A stretch of DNA of 64,000 nucleotides, taken from the IMG/VR virus record IMGVR_UViG_3300046616_000348, positions 1 through 64,000 of that record; one strand, 5' to 3'. Made by a program: the position numbers and the translations under genes. Of this stretch, positions 9,492 through 19,643 are shown piece after piece. The notes beneath the pieces were generated by a model, which was given only the letters and a program-made list of their open reading frames with translations, was not told where the DNA came from and did no database searches. The DNA is from a virus. Position 1 is the stretch's first letter, and each line of letters starts with the position of its first letter.

Positions 9492-9525
9492 ACGAAATGG
9501 GCTCCTTCGGGAGCCCTTTCGTTTT
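9492..9525 (+). terminator. intrinsic terminator after the capsid gene
   Basis: GGGCTCC-TTCG-GGAGCCC followed by TTTCGTTTT. Confidence 0.8.
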
Positions 9526-9549
9526 CCAGCAACCTCACGAGAGGAAAAT

Positions 9550-9894
9550 ATGAAGAACTTCATTCAGCCGGGGAACGTGATCACCGTCACCGCTCCGGCA
9601 GGCGGCGTCCTCAGCGGCGCCGGCCTCCTGGTCGGCTCGCTCTTCGGCATTGCCAACGGCAAGGCTGCCCAGGACGAGGACGTCGAGCTTTCGCTCACTG
9701 GCGTCTACGCGCTCCCCAAGGTCTCGGCGCAGGCCTGGACCCAGGGCGCGAAGATCTACTGGGACAACGCCACCAAGCTGGCGACCACTGCGGCCGCTGC
9801 CGGTGCCAACGCCCTGATCGGCGTCGCCACCAAGGCCGCTGCCAACCCGTCCGCCGAGGGCGAGGTCCGTCTCAGCGCGTCCTTCACGATCTAA
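9550..9894 (+). CDS. DUF2190-family capsid decoration/cement protein
   Basis: MKNFIQPG...GVYALPK...GAKIYWD signature; follows the capsid gene. Confidence 0.88.
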   Translation: MKNFIQPGNVITVTAPAGGVLSGAGLLVGSLFGIANGKAAQDEDVELSLTGVYALPKVSAQAWTQGAKIYWDNATKLATTAAAAGANALIGVATKAAANPSAEGEVRLSASFTI

Positions 9895-9900
9895 CCAAGT

Positions 9901-9938
9901 GGGGCAGGGTGGTTCGCCATCCTGCCCTTTCCCCTTTT
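9901..9938 (+). terminator. hairpin/weak terminator
   Basis: GGGCAGGGTGG-TTCG-CCATCCTGCCC then a T-rich tract. Confidence 0.6.
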
Positions 9939-9955
9939 CTGAGGGAGCTTCTCCG

Positions 9956-10402
9956 ATGTCGATCTTCAAGCGCCTGGACAAGATGGTCTCCGCGACCGTC
10001 GACCGCGTGAACAAGGAGCGCTTCCGCTGGATCCCCATGCGGGACAGCGTCGACCCGAACGGCCGCCGCCGTGCAGACCCCGAGCGCGGAACCCGCGACG
10101 ATCTGTGGGGCATCTTCGACTACACCAGCGCCGAGTACGGCCTCGAGCTGGGCGTGCGAAAGAGCTACCGCGAGGCCAACGACCTTCGCGCCGTGTCCGT
10201 CGGCCGCAAGCCGCTGCTGTCGATCGACCGCAAGTTTTTCCCCGACCCGCTGCTCGAGCCTCGCCAGGGTGACCTGATCGAGATGCTGAACGACGACGGG
10301 ACGCCACAAGCCGACCTCCCCCAATTCGAGGTCATGGACAATCAGCGCGATGGCCTGGCTCGCATGGAGCTGCGCCTCGTGCAGCGAGGGCAGCAGGCAT
10401 GA
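9956..10402 (+). CDS. head-closure protein (gpFII-like)
   Basis: position, size, PRQGDLI...DGLARMELRL beta-barrel-like end; RBS GGGAG. Confidence 0.55.
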   Translation: MSIFKRLDKMVSATVDRVNKERFRWIPMRDSVDPNGRRRADPERGTRDDLWGIFDYTSAEYGLELGVRKSYREANDLRAVSVGRKPLLSIDRKFFPDPLLEPRQGDLIEMLNDDGTPQADLPQFEVMDNQRDGLARMELRLVQRGQQA

Positions 10403-11157
10403 GCCTCAATCGTCTCGTTCTCCGGACGGCCATCGTCACGGCGCTCAACAACTTCGGCGTGGGGCCGTATCCGACCCTCGCCGGCCCGCACATCTACGAC
10501 AGCAAGATCGAGCCGGTCGACAGCGTCGACAAGGACGTCGCCTACCCGATGTGCGTCATCTACACCGACTACGACAAGAACGCGGTCGCGCACCGGGAAC
10601 TCACCGAGCCCCGGTCGCTGACGATCACGTTCGAGCTGCTGATCGGCATCCTCAGCAAGGACGCCGACACGCCGAGCTACACGCTCAACATGCCGGTGAC
10701 GGACAGTGAGCTCGAGGCCTCGCTCGACATCTTCGAGTTCCAGATCTTCGAGGCCCTGCGCGCTGACAACGTGGCGGCCAATGTGTTCCGGACCATCTGC
10801 TACGGCCCGAAGCAGATCACCAGCCGGCGCGGTGCAACCACGGAGGGCGGCACGAAGATCGCCGCTCGGCAGGTCACCTACGAAGCCGACTGCCTCCCGG
10901 AGCCGTCCGCTCCCACCGTCCCGTCGTGGATGGCACCGTTCCTCGACCAGCTCGAGGCCTCGGACGGGTTCGACGGCATCGGCCAGCAGCTGAAGGCGAT
11001 CTACGCCGGCGGCGCAGCGGTAACCGAAATGGATCGGATCGCTCGCACCCTCGGGTGGTCGAAAGACACCTACGATCGGCTCGGCTACCCGCCGAAACCG
11101 TTCGTGATGCTGGGCACCCCGGTGACCTGGCTCAACCAACACGGCCAACCCCTATAG
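10399..11157 (+). CDS. putative tail terminator/neck protein
   Basis: HIYDSKIEP...PMCVIYTD pattern; lies between head closure and spike. Confidence 0.5.
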   Translation: MSLNRLVLRTAIVTALNNFGVGPYPTLAGPHIYDSKIEPVDSVDKDVAYPMCVIYTDYDKNAVAHRELTEPRSLTITFELLIGILSKDADTPSYTLNMPVTDSELEASLDIFEFQIFEALRADNVAANVFRTICYGPKQITSRRGATTEGGTKIAARQVTYEADCLPEPSAPTVPSWMAPFLDQLEASDGFDGIGQQLKAIYAGGAAVTEMDRIARTLGWSKDTYDRLGYPPKPFVMLGTPVTWLNQHGQPL

Positions 11158-11241
11158 CGCGCGGCGATCCCTCACCGCCTGCGCGCTGTGCGCGGCGACG
11201 ATCTCGGCCTCCCGTTTCCTGGGCCTTGAGGTCGTCGCCGC
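11153..11241 (+). ncRNA. candidate structured RNA (tandem double hairpin)
   Basis: stem 11153-11166/11176-11190, one unpaired nt, then 14-bp stem 11192-11205/11228-11241; mismatches are G-U. Confidence 0.45.
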
Positions 11242-11259
11242 AGCAATTCGGAGCCCGAC

Positions 11260-11793
11260 ATGGACATGTTCGGACGCCTCCTCGACCGCATCGCGTCGCT
11301 GGAGGCTGAAGTTGTTCGACTGCAGCGACGCGTAAACAACACGTTTCGCGAAGCCCGCGTCGAAGAGATCTACCCGGGCGAGGGGCTGGCGCGGGTAAGT
11401 GCCCACGGCGCCAGCTCGAAGAAGGTGCCCTGGCTGCAGCGCGCCGGCGACATCCGCGACTGGGATCCTCCCACCGTGGGTGAGCGGGTGATGCTGATCT
11501 CCCCCACTGGCGAGCCCGGCAAGGGGCTGATCCTGCCGGGCGGCTACAGCAGCCAGTTCCAGCAGCCGCACGACAAGGGCGGCGAGGCGAAGCGGGTGGT
11601 CGGGGATACCTCCGACCTCTGGACCTCGGACACCCGGGTCATCGAGTCGCCGCGGATCATCCTCCGCGGCAAGGTCACCATCGAGGGGCCGTGCGTCACG
11701 CACAACGGCATCGACATCGGCAGCAGCCACAAACACCAGGACGTCATGCCTGGCCCGGCGCTCACCGGCCTCTCAATTCCAAAGGACTGCTGA
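11260..11793 (+). CDS. baseplate spike, P2 gpV-like
   Basis: VPWLQRAG..WDPPTVGERV OB fold; C-terminal HKH metal motif. Confidence 0.92.
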   Translation: MDMFGRLLDRIASLEAEVVRLQRRVNNTFREARVEEIYPGEGLARVSAHGASSKKVPWLQRAGDIRDWDPPTVGERVMLISPTGEPGKGLILPGGYSSQFQQPHDKGGEAKRVVGDTSDLWTSDTRVIESPRIILRGKVTIEGPCVTHNGIDIGSSHKHQDVMPGPALTGLSIPKDC

Positions 11794-11794
11794 C

Positions 11795-12031
11795 ATGAAG
11801 ATCAACTACCAGGTGCTGACCGGCGACGCCGACGGCTTCAACTGGATCAACGACCAGCGCGTCAAGGTCGGCGACACCGTCAAGCTCACCGTCGAAGAGG
11901 CCAAGTACCTCGAGATGACGGGGCAGGTCGAGAAGACCCGCGATCTCGCCGCGCAGAAGGCCAAGATCACCAAGGCCGAGCGCGCCCAGCCCGCCACCCC
12001 GACGCCGCCCGCTGAGGTCGTGAAGGAGTGA
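11795..12031 (+). CDS. small hypothetical baseplate-region protein
   Basis: tightly coupled ORF with phage-like codon usage. Confidence 0.65.
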   Translation: MKINYQVLTGDADGFNWINDQRVKVGDTVKLTVEEAKYLEMTGQVEKTRDLAAQKAKITKAERAQPATPTPPAEVVKE

Positions 12032-12432
12032 GCTCCGTCGGGATCGACCGCAACACTGGCGTCGTCCTCGTCGGCTGGCCCCATGTGGCGCAGTCGATCG
12101 TGACGATCGTCACCACCGAACTCGGGGAACGCGTCCAGCGGCGCGACTTCGGGTCCAACGTTCCTGGCCTCATCGACCGGCCGCAGAACGAAGAGACCCT
12201 CCTCGAGTTCTTCATCGCCATCGCCGAGGCGCTCGAGCCCCGGCAGGTTCGCAACTCGATCTACGGCGAGCCCCGCTTCCAGATCGACCAGATCTTCGTC
12301 GACATCGACACGCCCGGAGAGATGATCGTCTCCATGACCGGGACGTATCTCCCGGACGGGCACAAAGGGAAGGTGGCGGGCGCTTCCCGCCAGACCCTGC
12401 GCATCCCGATCGCGGCCGCCGACCTCAACTAA
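12028..12432 (+). CDS. baseplate wedge protein gpW/gp25 family
   Basis: HVAQSIVTIVTTELGERVQRRDFGS...EPR. Confidence 0.92.
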   Translation: MSSVGIDRNTGVVLVGWPHVAQSIVTIVTTELGERVQRRDFGSNVPGLIDRPQNEETLLEFFIAIAEALEPRQVRNSIYGEPRFQIDQIFVDIDTPGEMIVSMTGTYLPDGHKGKVAGASRQTLRIPIAAADLN

Positions 12433-12443
12433 GGATCGAACAC

Positions 12444-13307
12444 ATGACCACGCTGCCCGAGGCGCTGGCCGGCTTGCCGCTGCCCGGCGTCATCCAGGAG
12501 ATCGACTACGAGGCGCGCCTGCAGCTCTTCGTCGACAAGCTGGTCGCACTCTTCGACGCAGTAGGGATCGCCTACGACGTCCAAGGCCTCGAGGTTGATC
12601 CCGCCAAGATCCTCCTCGAGGCCGCCACCTACGCCGACGTGTTGCTCCGGCAGCGGATCAACGAAGCTGTCCGGGCGAACCTTCTGGCGTTCGCCTATGG
12701 CTCCGACCTCGACCACCTGGCCGCCTTCTACGACGTGGTGCGGCTCTACCAGGAGAGCGACGAGCGCCTGCGCGATCGCGTGATCCTTGCCATCCAGGGC
12801 AGGTCTACCGGCGGCACCGCTCCTCGCTACAAGTACGTGGCGATGACCTCGGACGTGCGCGTCTCCGACGCCGCCGTCTACACGGTCGGCCGTGATCCTA
12901 CGATCCGCGTTGCCGTCTTCAGCACGGAGCCTGACGGGGTCGCCAGCTCGGCGCTCCTGACCGTCGTCGACGCCGCGCTGCAGGATGCCGAGGTGCGGAT
13001 GGTCAACGACCGCATCGTCGTCAGCGGCGCCGTGAAGCACGTCGTCAACATCGTCGCCAACGTCTGGCTGCTGCCCGGTGCGGCTCCATCGGTGGCGACC
13101 GGCCTCGAGGCAACCCTCCGCGCCGAGTGGGACAAGGTCGACACCCTCGGGTTCGACCTCGCCCGCTCCTGGCTCACCGCCAAGCTGATGCAGCAGGGCG
13201 TGCAGCGCGTGGAGATCGTCGCGCCGGCCACCGACATCTCCGTCCCGTTCAATGAGGCTGCCTCGCTCGGGACGATCACCATCACCAACATGGGGCGTGG
13301 GTTCTGA
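12444..13307 (+). CDS. baseplate J-like protein
   Basis: LRQRINEA..LLAFAYGSDLDHLA, ESDERLR. Confidence 0.95.
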   Translation: MTTLPEALAGLPLPGVIQEIDYEARLQLFVDKLVALFDAVGIAYDVQGLEVDPAKILLEAATYADVLLRQRINEAVRANLLAFAYGSDLDHLAAFYDVVRLYQESDERLRDRVILAIQGRSTGGTAPRYKYVAMTSDVRVSDAAVYTVGRDPTIRVAVFSTEPDGVASSALLTVVDAALQDAEVRMVNDRIVVSGAVKHVVNIVANVWLLPGAAPSVATGLEATLRAEWDKVDTLGFDLARSWLTAKLMQQGVQRVEIVAPATDISVPFNEAASLGTITITNMGRGF

Positions 13308-14419
13308 TGCTTAAGCAGCTTCTTCCGACGAACGCGACCCTGTTTGAGGAGGCGCTCGCCGACGCCTTCGACACCGTCGCCGACGTGACCGCGCCGATCA
13401 ACGCGATCCGCGGAACGAAGCTGGTCACCCCGCCCCCGTCCTTCCTGCCGTTCCTCGTCTACGAGTACGGCCTGGACGAGCTCCGGCCCTATGTGCCGAA
13501 CCTCTACGAGCTGATCGACCAGGGGATCGACTGGCAGCGCATCCGCGGCACCCACGCTGCGGTCGCGATGGGCCTGGGCTTCATCAACTACACTGCCTCG
13601 ATCGAGGAGGCGTTGGCCCGCCGCATCTTCTGGAACTCGTTCCAGCTCCGGTTCCCGACCCTGCCGCCGAACGACAATCCGGACCTCGACCGGATCGACG
13701 GCATCGCCACCCTCTCGGTGCCGAAGCGGTCGGTCTTCCGACGCGGCGTCCACTACTACGACGTCGGGCCGCTGGTCGCTGATGGCGGCACGCGGCTGGA
13801 CGGCTCGCGCCTCGAGGCAGAGAGCGGCGTCCGCCTGCGGGAGAATGGCCCCTTGTGGTCGTTCGGCCGGCCGACTGAGACGAGCTCTCTGCTCACGGAA
13901 GCTGAGGGCACGCTCATCGGCAACTGGCTCGCCACGATCGAGAGCGGCCTCACCTGGGAGGATATGACCTATCCCTGGGACGAGGCCGATTTCCCGTGGA
14001 CCGCCGATGGCATCGAAGCCCGCGCAGCGCTGCTCGCCGCCTGGTTCGCCGATCGGGAAGGCTATGTGGTCTTGCGCGGCGCGGATGGCGTCATCGGTTA
14101 TCGGCGTCTTCGTGCCGCTCATACCGTCGAGCCCGACAGTGCCGGCGCCTACAAGGTGGCGAACATCCGCTACCGCCCCCAACTGGCAGGGCGACGCGTC
14201 TACCTCGCTGCCCTGACCGGCTTCGGTGACGGGGCAGGGCAGGTGGCGACGTCCGCCTCCCTCGCCTTCAACCTGGTGCGCGCCGGTGGCGTGCCGCCCG
14301 GCCGCCTCTGGCTCGAGCCGGACGAGGTCGTCTCGGCCGACGAGATCGCCACCACCACCGTCAACATCCCGCTGCGGCCTACCGTGCGGGAGGACATCAA
14401 GTTTCTTCTGAGGTTCTGA
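13307..14419 (+). CDS. P2 gpI-like tail/baseplate protein with C-terminal extension
   Basis: LLPTNATLFE, FLPFLVYEYG, RGTHAAV motifs. Confidence 0.85.
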   Translation: MLKQLLPTNATLFEEALADAFDTVADVTAPINAIRGTKLVTPPPSFLPFLVYEYGLDELRPYVPNLYELIDQGIDWQRIRGTHAAVAMGLGFINYTASIEEALARRIFWNSFQLRFPTLPPNDNPDLDRIDGIATLSVPKRSVFRRGVHYYDVGPLVADGGTRLDGSRLEAESGVRLRENGPLWSFGRPTETSSLLTEAEGTLIGNWLATIESGLTWEDMTYPWDEADFPWTADGIEARAALLAAWFADREGYVVLRGADGVIGYRRLRAAHTVEPDSAGAYKVANIRYRPQLAGRRVYLAALTGFGDGAGQVATSASLAFNLVRAGGVPPGRLWLEPDEVVSADEIATTTVNIPLRPTVREDIKFLLRF

Positions 14420-17400
14420 TGGCTCACGAGCACGAAAGCGGCATCCCGAACGCGTTTGATCGCACCCAGCCGGACTGGCAGGACGTGACCTTCGTCGGCG
14501 ACCGCGACATCCAGGCCGCCGAGCTGAACGAGGCGCAGTCGATCGCCCGCAAGCGCCACAACCGCATCGCCGGCCTGATCGCCAAGGACGGCGACCGGAT
14601 CGAGGGCGCGGCGGCCGTGGTTGACACCGAGGCGGAGAGCATCCTGCTCACCCCCGGCAGGATCTACGTGGGCGGCGACGTCCTCCCGGTCGCCCTCGCC
14701 ACGCTCTACGACGTGCCGATGGTCGGCCGCGTCGAGATCGGCGTCCGTGTCACCAAGGTCTGGATTGACCACGAGGACGAACCGACGCTGCTCGGGCTTG
14801 TGCCTGGCACCCTCAGCGAGGGCGAGCCCGGCGCGGCGCGCGAGAAGGTGTCGATCGCGTGGGATCTGGCCTCCTCGGACAGCGATCTCCCGTTCGTCTT
14901 GGTCTACACGCTCTCCGACGGCACGGTGATCGACCAGACGCCGCCGCCGAGCCTCAGCGGCATCAACCAGGCGATCGCGATCTACGACCGCGAGGCGCAC
15001 GGTCACTACATCGTCGAGGGCTGCCGCGTGACCGCCCTGGGCAAATCGGGCGGCGACCAGGTGTTCTCGATTGAAGAGGGCATCGCCAACATCTTTGGCT
15101 TCAAGCGGTCGCGCGCTGCAGCGCTCCGGCACGCGCAGCTCGAGGAGTGGGACATCGGGGAGGTGGCGGCCGAGAGCCACACCTTCGTCGGCACCACCCC
15201 CAACACCTTCACCACCTCGCGCTTCCCCATCGCCGGCATCAACACGGTGCTGGTGACGAAGCAGAAGACGGTGTCCATCACGCGCGGCACCACGGTGCAC
15301 GGCGCCGACCTCCTGCCCGACAGCTCGGTGACCTCGATCATCTCTGTCGTGCAGGGTGCGACGACGTACACGAACCCCGCGTCCTGGCTGAAGACCGGCG
15401 ACCAGATCGACTGGTCTCCGGCCGGTCCGGAGCCTGCGGTCAGCTCGCAGTACGACGTGACCTATCGCTACCGCGCCGTCGTGGTTCCGACGAGCTTCAC
15501 CGACTTCACGGTGGTGATCGCCGGCGGCGTCGACGGCACTGAGGTGCTGATCGGCTACGACCACAAGCTGCCGCGCATCGACCGGCTCTGCCTGAACCAG
15601 TTCGGCGAGTCGGTCTACGTGAAGGGCGTCTCGGCGCAGGCGCTCGATAAAGCCCTGCCTCCGATCCCGCCCGGCGACGTGCTGCCGCTTGCCCAGATCA
15701 AGAACAACTGGGTAGGGCCGCCGGAGGTCGAGAACGACGGCGTGTATCGCCGCACGATGGCCGAGATCGACCGCATGGCTCGCGTCCTCGAGAACCAGGT
15801 CCGCCTGGTCCAGCTCGAGCGCATCAAGTCGAGCATCGACGCTCGAGAGCCGACCGCGAAGAAGGGGACGTTCGTCGACCCGTTCCTCAACGACTATTAC
15901 CGCGATGCCGGCGAGCCTCAGACCGCGTCTGTTGCCGACGGCTTCATGGAGCTGTCGATCACGCCGACCTTCTTCCAGGCGTCGCTCAACGGCCCGGTCA
16001 TGCTCGACTGGGTCGAGGAGGTGATCATCGCCCAGGAGCTCGACACCCTGTGCGAGAAGATCAACCCGTACCAGAACTTCAACCCGATGCCGGGGGCGCT
16101 CTCGCTCTCCCCGGCCGCGGACTTCTGGACCGAGCAGCAGACCACCTGGGCATCGCCGGTGACGCAGCAGTTCAATCGGGGCATCCGCCGCGATGGCGGG
16201 CCGCTCACCTCGACCTCGATCACCACCCAGGTGCTCGGGGAACGCGAGCAGTTGATTGAGTTCCTCCGCTCGATCCCGGTGGCTTTCACCATCAAGGGCT
16301 TCGGCCCCGGTGAGATCTTGCAGTCGCTGACCTTCGACGGCGTCAACGTGAAGCCCCCGGGCACACAGACCGCCGACGGCACCGGTCAGATCACCGGCAC
16401 CTTCGTCATTCCGTCCAACGTCACCGCCGGCACGAAGCAGGTGGTAGCTGTGGGCATGGCGTCGGGGGAGGCGAGGGCGTTCTTCGTCGGTCAGGGCACG
16501 ATCGAGATCACGACCATGCGTCGTGTCACCACGATTGAGCGCTGGCAGCGGCCGCCGGAGAGCAGCGGCAGTCAGACGACGATCGGCTCGAACGGCATCG
16601 CCAACGACCCGCAGGCTCAGACCTTCACGGTCCTCGAGGCTCGGCAACTGGTCGGCGTCGACTTCAAGCTGTGCCACATCGGCAATACCGCCAACCCGCT
16701 GCTCATCCAGCAGGTGACGGTCGAGAACGGCATCCCCACCGAGGATGTGATGGCCGAGTCGTTCGTCTCCATGCTTGGCGCAGTGCCCGGCTGGAAGTCG
16801 GCTCGCTACAACTTCCCGGTGCTGACGCTGCCCTCGCCGGATGCCGCGATGGTCATCAAGACGGACGACGCCGATCACTCGATCGCTCTCGCCCGCCTTG
16901 GTGACTTCGATGCTGTTAACCAGAAGTGGGTCGGCGCGCAGCCGTACTCGGTTGGTGTGAACCTGTCTTCGTCCAACGCGAAGACCTGGACCCCTCACAA
17001 CGAACGCGACATGACCTTCCGGGTCGTGGCGGCCAAGTTCACCAACCCCGGCTTCACCAAGACGGTGCCCCTCGGCTCCTTCAACCTGGTGAATGCCAGC
17101 GACCTTCAGGTCCGCGCCGTCGTGGAGCTCCCCTCGGCGGCATGCTCGGTGGTCTTCGAGATCGTCCGCGGCAACGGCGAGGTTTGGCGGCTGCTGCCCT
17201 TCCAGGTGCTGCAGCTGACAGAGTTCATCACCGAAACCGTGCAGCTTCGGGCAGTGCTCACCGGCACCCAGAAGCTGTCGCCGGTGCTCTACGCGCCGGT
17301 GTGGCTGGTCTCGGGCACGATTGCCACGAGCGGCACCTACGTCTCCCGCGCTTTCAAGCTCGGCTCGGTGGTGAAGCTCACGTCGTACATGAAGGCATTC

Positions 17401-17622
17401 CTTCCCGCCGGCTCGACGCTGGTGGCCCAGTACGACAAGGCAGACGACACCTGGATCTCGCTGCCAACCGCCGCGACCGAAGTCCTCGCCGAGCCCGGAT
17501 GGGTGGAGCGGAAGATGGAGGCGACCGGCATCTCCGCAATCGAGGGGCGCCTGAAGTTCACGATCACCGGCGGGCCTGCTGCCCGTCCGCTGTTCGGGGA
17601 CCTCGGCGCCGCCGTCATGTAA
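14419..17622 (+). CDS. DUF4815-family large baseplate/fibre protein
   Basis: QAAELNEAQS, KLPRIDRL, GTFVDPF, INPYQNF motifs; follows gpI. Confidence 0.85.
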   Translation: MAHEHESGIPNAFDRTQPDWQDVTFVGDRDIQAAELNEAQSIARKRHNRIAGLIAKDGDRIEGAAAVVDTEAESILLTPGRIYVGGDVLPVALATLYDVPMVGRVEIGVRVTKVWIDHEDEPTLLGLVPGTLSEGEPGAAREKVSIAWDLASSDSDLPFVLVYTLSDGTVIDQTPPPSLSGINQAIAIYDREAHGHYIVEGCRVTALGKSGGDQVFSIEEGIANIFGFKRSRAAALRHAQLEEWDIGEVAAESHTFVGTTPNTFTTSRFPIAGINTVLVTKQKTVSITRGTTVHGADLLPDSSVTSIISVVQGATTYTNPASWLKTGDQIDWSPAGPEPAVSSQYDVTYRYRAVVVPTSFTDFTVVIAGGVDGTEVLIGYDHKLPRIDRLCLNQFGESVYVKGVSAQALDKALPPIPPGDVLPLAQIKNNWVGPPEVENDGVYRRTMAEIDRMARVLENQVRLVQLERIKSSIDAREPTAKKGTFVDPFLNDYYRDAGEPQTASVADGFMELSITPTFFQASLNGPVMLDWVEEVIIAQELDTLCEKINPYQNFNPMPGALSLSPAADFWTEQQTTWASPVTQQFNRGIRRDGGPLTSTSITTQVLGEREQLIEFLRSIPVAFTIKGFGPGEILQSLTFDGVNVKPPGTQTADGTGQITGTFVIPSNVTAGTKQVVAVGMASGEARAFFVGQGTIEITTMRRVTTIERWQRPPESSGSQTTIGSNGIANDPQAQTFTVLEARQLVGVDFKLCHIGNTANPLLIQQVTVENGIPTEDVMAESFVSMLGAVPGWKSARYNFPVLTLPSPDAAMVIKTDDADHSIALARLGDFDAVNQKWVGAQPYSVGVNLSSSNAKTWTPHNERDMTFRVVAAKFTNPGFTKTVPLGSFNLVNASDLQVRAVVELPSAACSVVFEIVRGNGEVWRLLPFQVLQLTEFITETVQLRAVLTGTQKLSPVLYAPVWLVSGTIATSGTYVSRAFKLGSVVKLTSYMKAFLPAGSTLVAQYDKADDTWISLPTAATEVLAEPGWVERKMEATGISAIEGRLKFTITGGPAARPLFGDLGAAVM

Positions 17623-17634
17623 TAGGGGTGGACC

Positions 17635-18921
17635 ATGTCCAACACCGTGCACCGAGCTTATCCCAAGCCGGTGCCGACCAATAACGTCTCCGACGACGTT
17701 CTTGTGCTGCAGCAGGCGATGGACCTGGTCGACGGCGACATCCACCTGCTGTTCGCCGCGATCGCCGAGCTGGCCCCGGTCAGCCACGAGCACGTCATCG
17801 CCGACATCACCGGCCTGTCGGCGGAGCTGGCGGGCAAGGCGGCGGTAGACCACACCCACACTCTCGAGGATCTCTCGGATGTGGGCGGAACAGTTGCGGC
17901 GCCGGCTGGCTACCTACTGGTGAAGCAGTCGGATGGCACCTGGGGGCCGGCCTCGCCGGCCTCCGTGGTGGGCGCGCACCAGCACGTCATCTCCGACGTC
18001 GTCAACCTTCAGACTGCGCTCGACGGCCTCACGGGGCAGAACCAGATCCTGAACGCCGTCGACACGACCGTGTCGGACGCCGACCACTTCGGCATCCGGA
18101 AATTCTCGAACGGCACGTTCATCAAGCGGACCTGGACGCAGCTGAAGGCGAGCGTCTTCGCCGGCTGGGGAGCGCTGATCGCGACGGGCACCTCCAAGCC
18201 CATCGTAATCGACGCTGACGTCATCGACCTGGCCGACAGCGCCGCAGCCAACGCCACCCGAAAGGTGTCGTTCCTCGAGCTGTGGGATAACTACTTCAAG
18301 GTCAAGGCGAACGCGCTCTACCAGCCTCTGAAGACGATCCTCACGACGCTGGGCAACCTCGCCAACGGCAACGGCTACCTGAAGAACGATGGCGCGGGCG
18401 CCCTGTCGTGGGGCACCGTCACAAGCATCGCCCACATCAAGGAGACGCTGTTCGAGGTGAACGGCACCTTCACTCCTGACCCGGATGCGGTGGTGACGCA
18501 AATCGTCGCTGTTGGTCAGGGCGTCGGCGGCAACACCGGCACCGGCGGCAGCGCGGGGAAGGGCGCGGCGGCTGTCGCGGTGTCCGGCTCCAAGGCGGAG
18601 GTTGGTAATGGCGCGATCACCGTCAACATGGGCGTGGCCGCGAACACCAACAGCGCGGACGGAACGTCCCTGACTTTCGGCTCGCTGATCACCATCCAGT
18701 CACTGCGCCGCGGCTCTGCCACCGCTCCCACGGCCAGCACCAACCTGCCGAAGTCGACCCCGTACCCGTCCTCCGGCCCGAACCACAACGTCCCCTATCT
18801 CCTGAAGGATTGGGGCAACGCGGGGTCGGCGGGCACCAACAGTAACGCCAACCAGTCGGGCAGCGGCGGCGGTCCCGGCGGGCCGGGCGTTGTCCTCGTG
18901 AGAGAGTACCTTTCGACATGA
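17635..18921 (+). CDS. tail fibre protein
   Basis: three HxH fibre repeats (HEHVIADITGL, HTHTLEDL, HQHVISDVVNL); Gly/Ser/Thr/Asn-rich C-terminus. Confidence 0.85.
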   Translation: MSNTVHRAYPKPVPTNNVSDDVLVLQQAMDLVDGDIHLLFAAIAELAPVSHEHVIADITGLSAELAGKAAVDHTHTLEDLSDVGGTVAAPAGYLLVKQSDGTWGPASPASVVGAHQHVISDVVNLQTALDGLTGQNQILNAVDTTVSDADHFGIRKFSNGTFIKRTWTQLKASVFAGWGALIATGTSKPIVIDADVIDLADSAAANATRKVSFLELWDNYFKVKANALYQPLKTILTTLGNLANGNGYLKNDGAGALSWGTVTSIAHIKETLFEVNGTFTPDPDAVVTQIVAVGQGVGGNTGTGGSAGKGAAAVAVSGSKAEVGNGAITVNMGVAANTNSADGTSLTFGSLITIQSLRRGSATAPTASTNLPKSTPYPSSGPNHNVPYLLKDWGNAGSAGTNSNANQSGSGGGPGGPGVVLVREYLST

Positions 18922-19643
18922 CGACGCAGCGCATCATCTTCGAGGTCGGCGAGAAGACCCTCGCCGACCACTTCTCGGTGGCACCCCTCAAGAAGGAGGT
19001 GCCGCAGTGGTATAAAGACCTGGACATGCACATCGGTGCAGGCGGTCTGAGCCTCGAGGCGCTGGTGCGCGGCGGTGCGCCGAACGGCAACAAGACGATG
19101 AAGTATTGCGTGCCGGTGCTGGACTATCTGACCAGCGGCTACGTGATCAAAGCCGCGATGCACCTGAAGATCCGGAACGTGCCGGCCGAGGGTGATGTCC
19201 CGGCCGGCCTCGAGTATGTGACTTCGCACACCGAGCGGGTCGAGCATCACGCCCATGCGCAGTGCCCGTTCCCCTTCCACGGGCGGAGGCACAGCTACCC
19301 GAAGCTCGGCAACCCTTGGACGGTGATCACCCCGCCGGGCTACTCGTGCCTGTTCTACCAGCCGTTCTATGCGGACATCGAGACCAAGCTCCGCCTCTTC
19401 CCGGCGATCGTGGACACCGACACCTACCCGGTGCCGGTGAACTTCCCAGGCATGGTGCTCGGCGACGAGGAGGTGGAGATCCTGCCCGGCCAGCCCCTCA
19501 TGGCCGTCTTCCCGTTCAAGCGCGAGGAGTGGCGTATGGAAGTCCGCGTCCGTGACAAGCCGGAGGAGAAGCCGGGGCTGATGCCCTACCTGCTCCACCG
19601 GGCCTACAAGACCTTCTACCACCGACCGAAGAGCTTCAAATGA
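18918..19643 (+). CDS. DUF6065-like / dUTPase-like-fold hypothetical protein
   Basis: PQWYK, KYCVPVLD..SGY, NPW...TPPGYS, VDTD.Y..VNFP, PGQPL..FPFKR motifs; family recalled, not searched. Confidence 0.55.
   Translation: MTTQRIIFEVGEKTLADHFSVAPLKKEVPQWYKDLDMHIGAGGLSLEALVRGGAPNGNKTMKYCVPVLDYLTSGYVIKAAMHLKIRNVPAEGDVPAGLEYVTSHTERVEHHAHAQCPFPFHGRRHSYPKLGNPWTVITPPGYSCLFYQPFYADIETKLRLFPAIVDTDTYPVPVNFPGMVLGDEEVEILPGQPLMAVFPFKREEWRMEVRVRDKPEEKPGLMPYLLHRAYKTFYHRPKSFK

Noticed and set aside
14200-17859. 1219-aa minus-strand ORF, and similar long antisense ORFs (3431-5407, 7250-9538, 28443-30302, 49197-51104, 37221-38864)
   Set aside because: Antisense shadows of real genes caused by high-GC codon bias; no motifs or RBS
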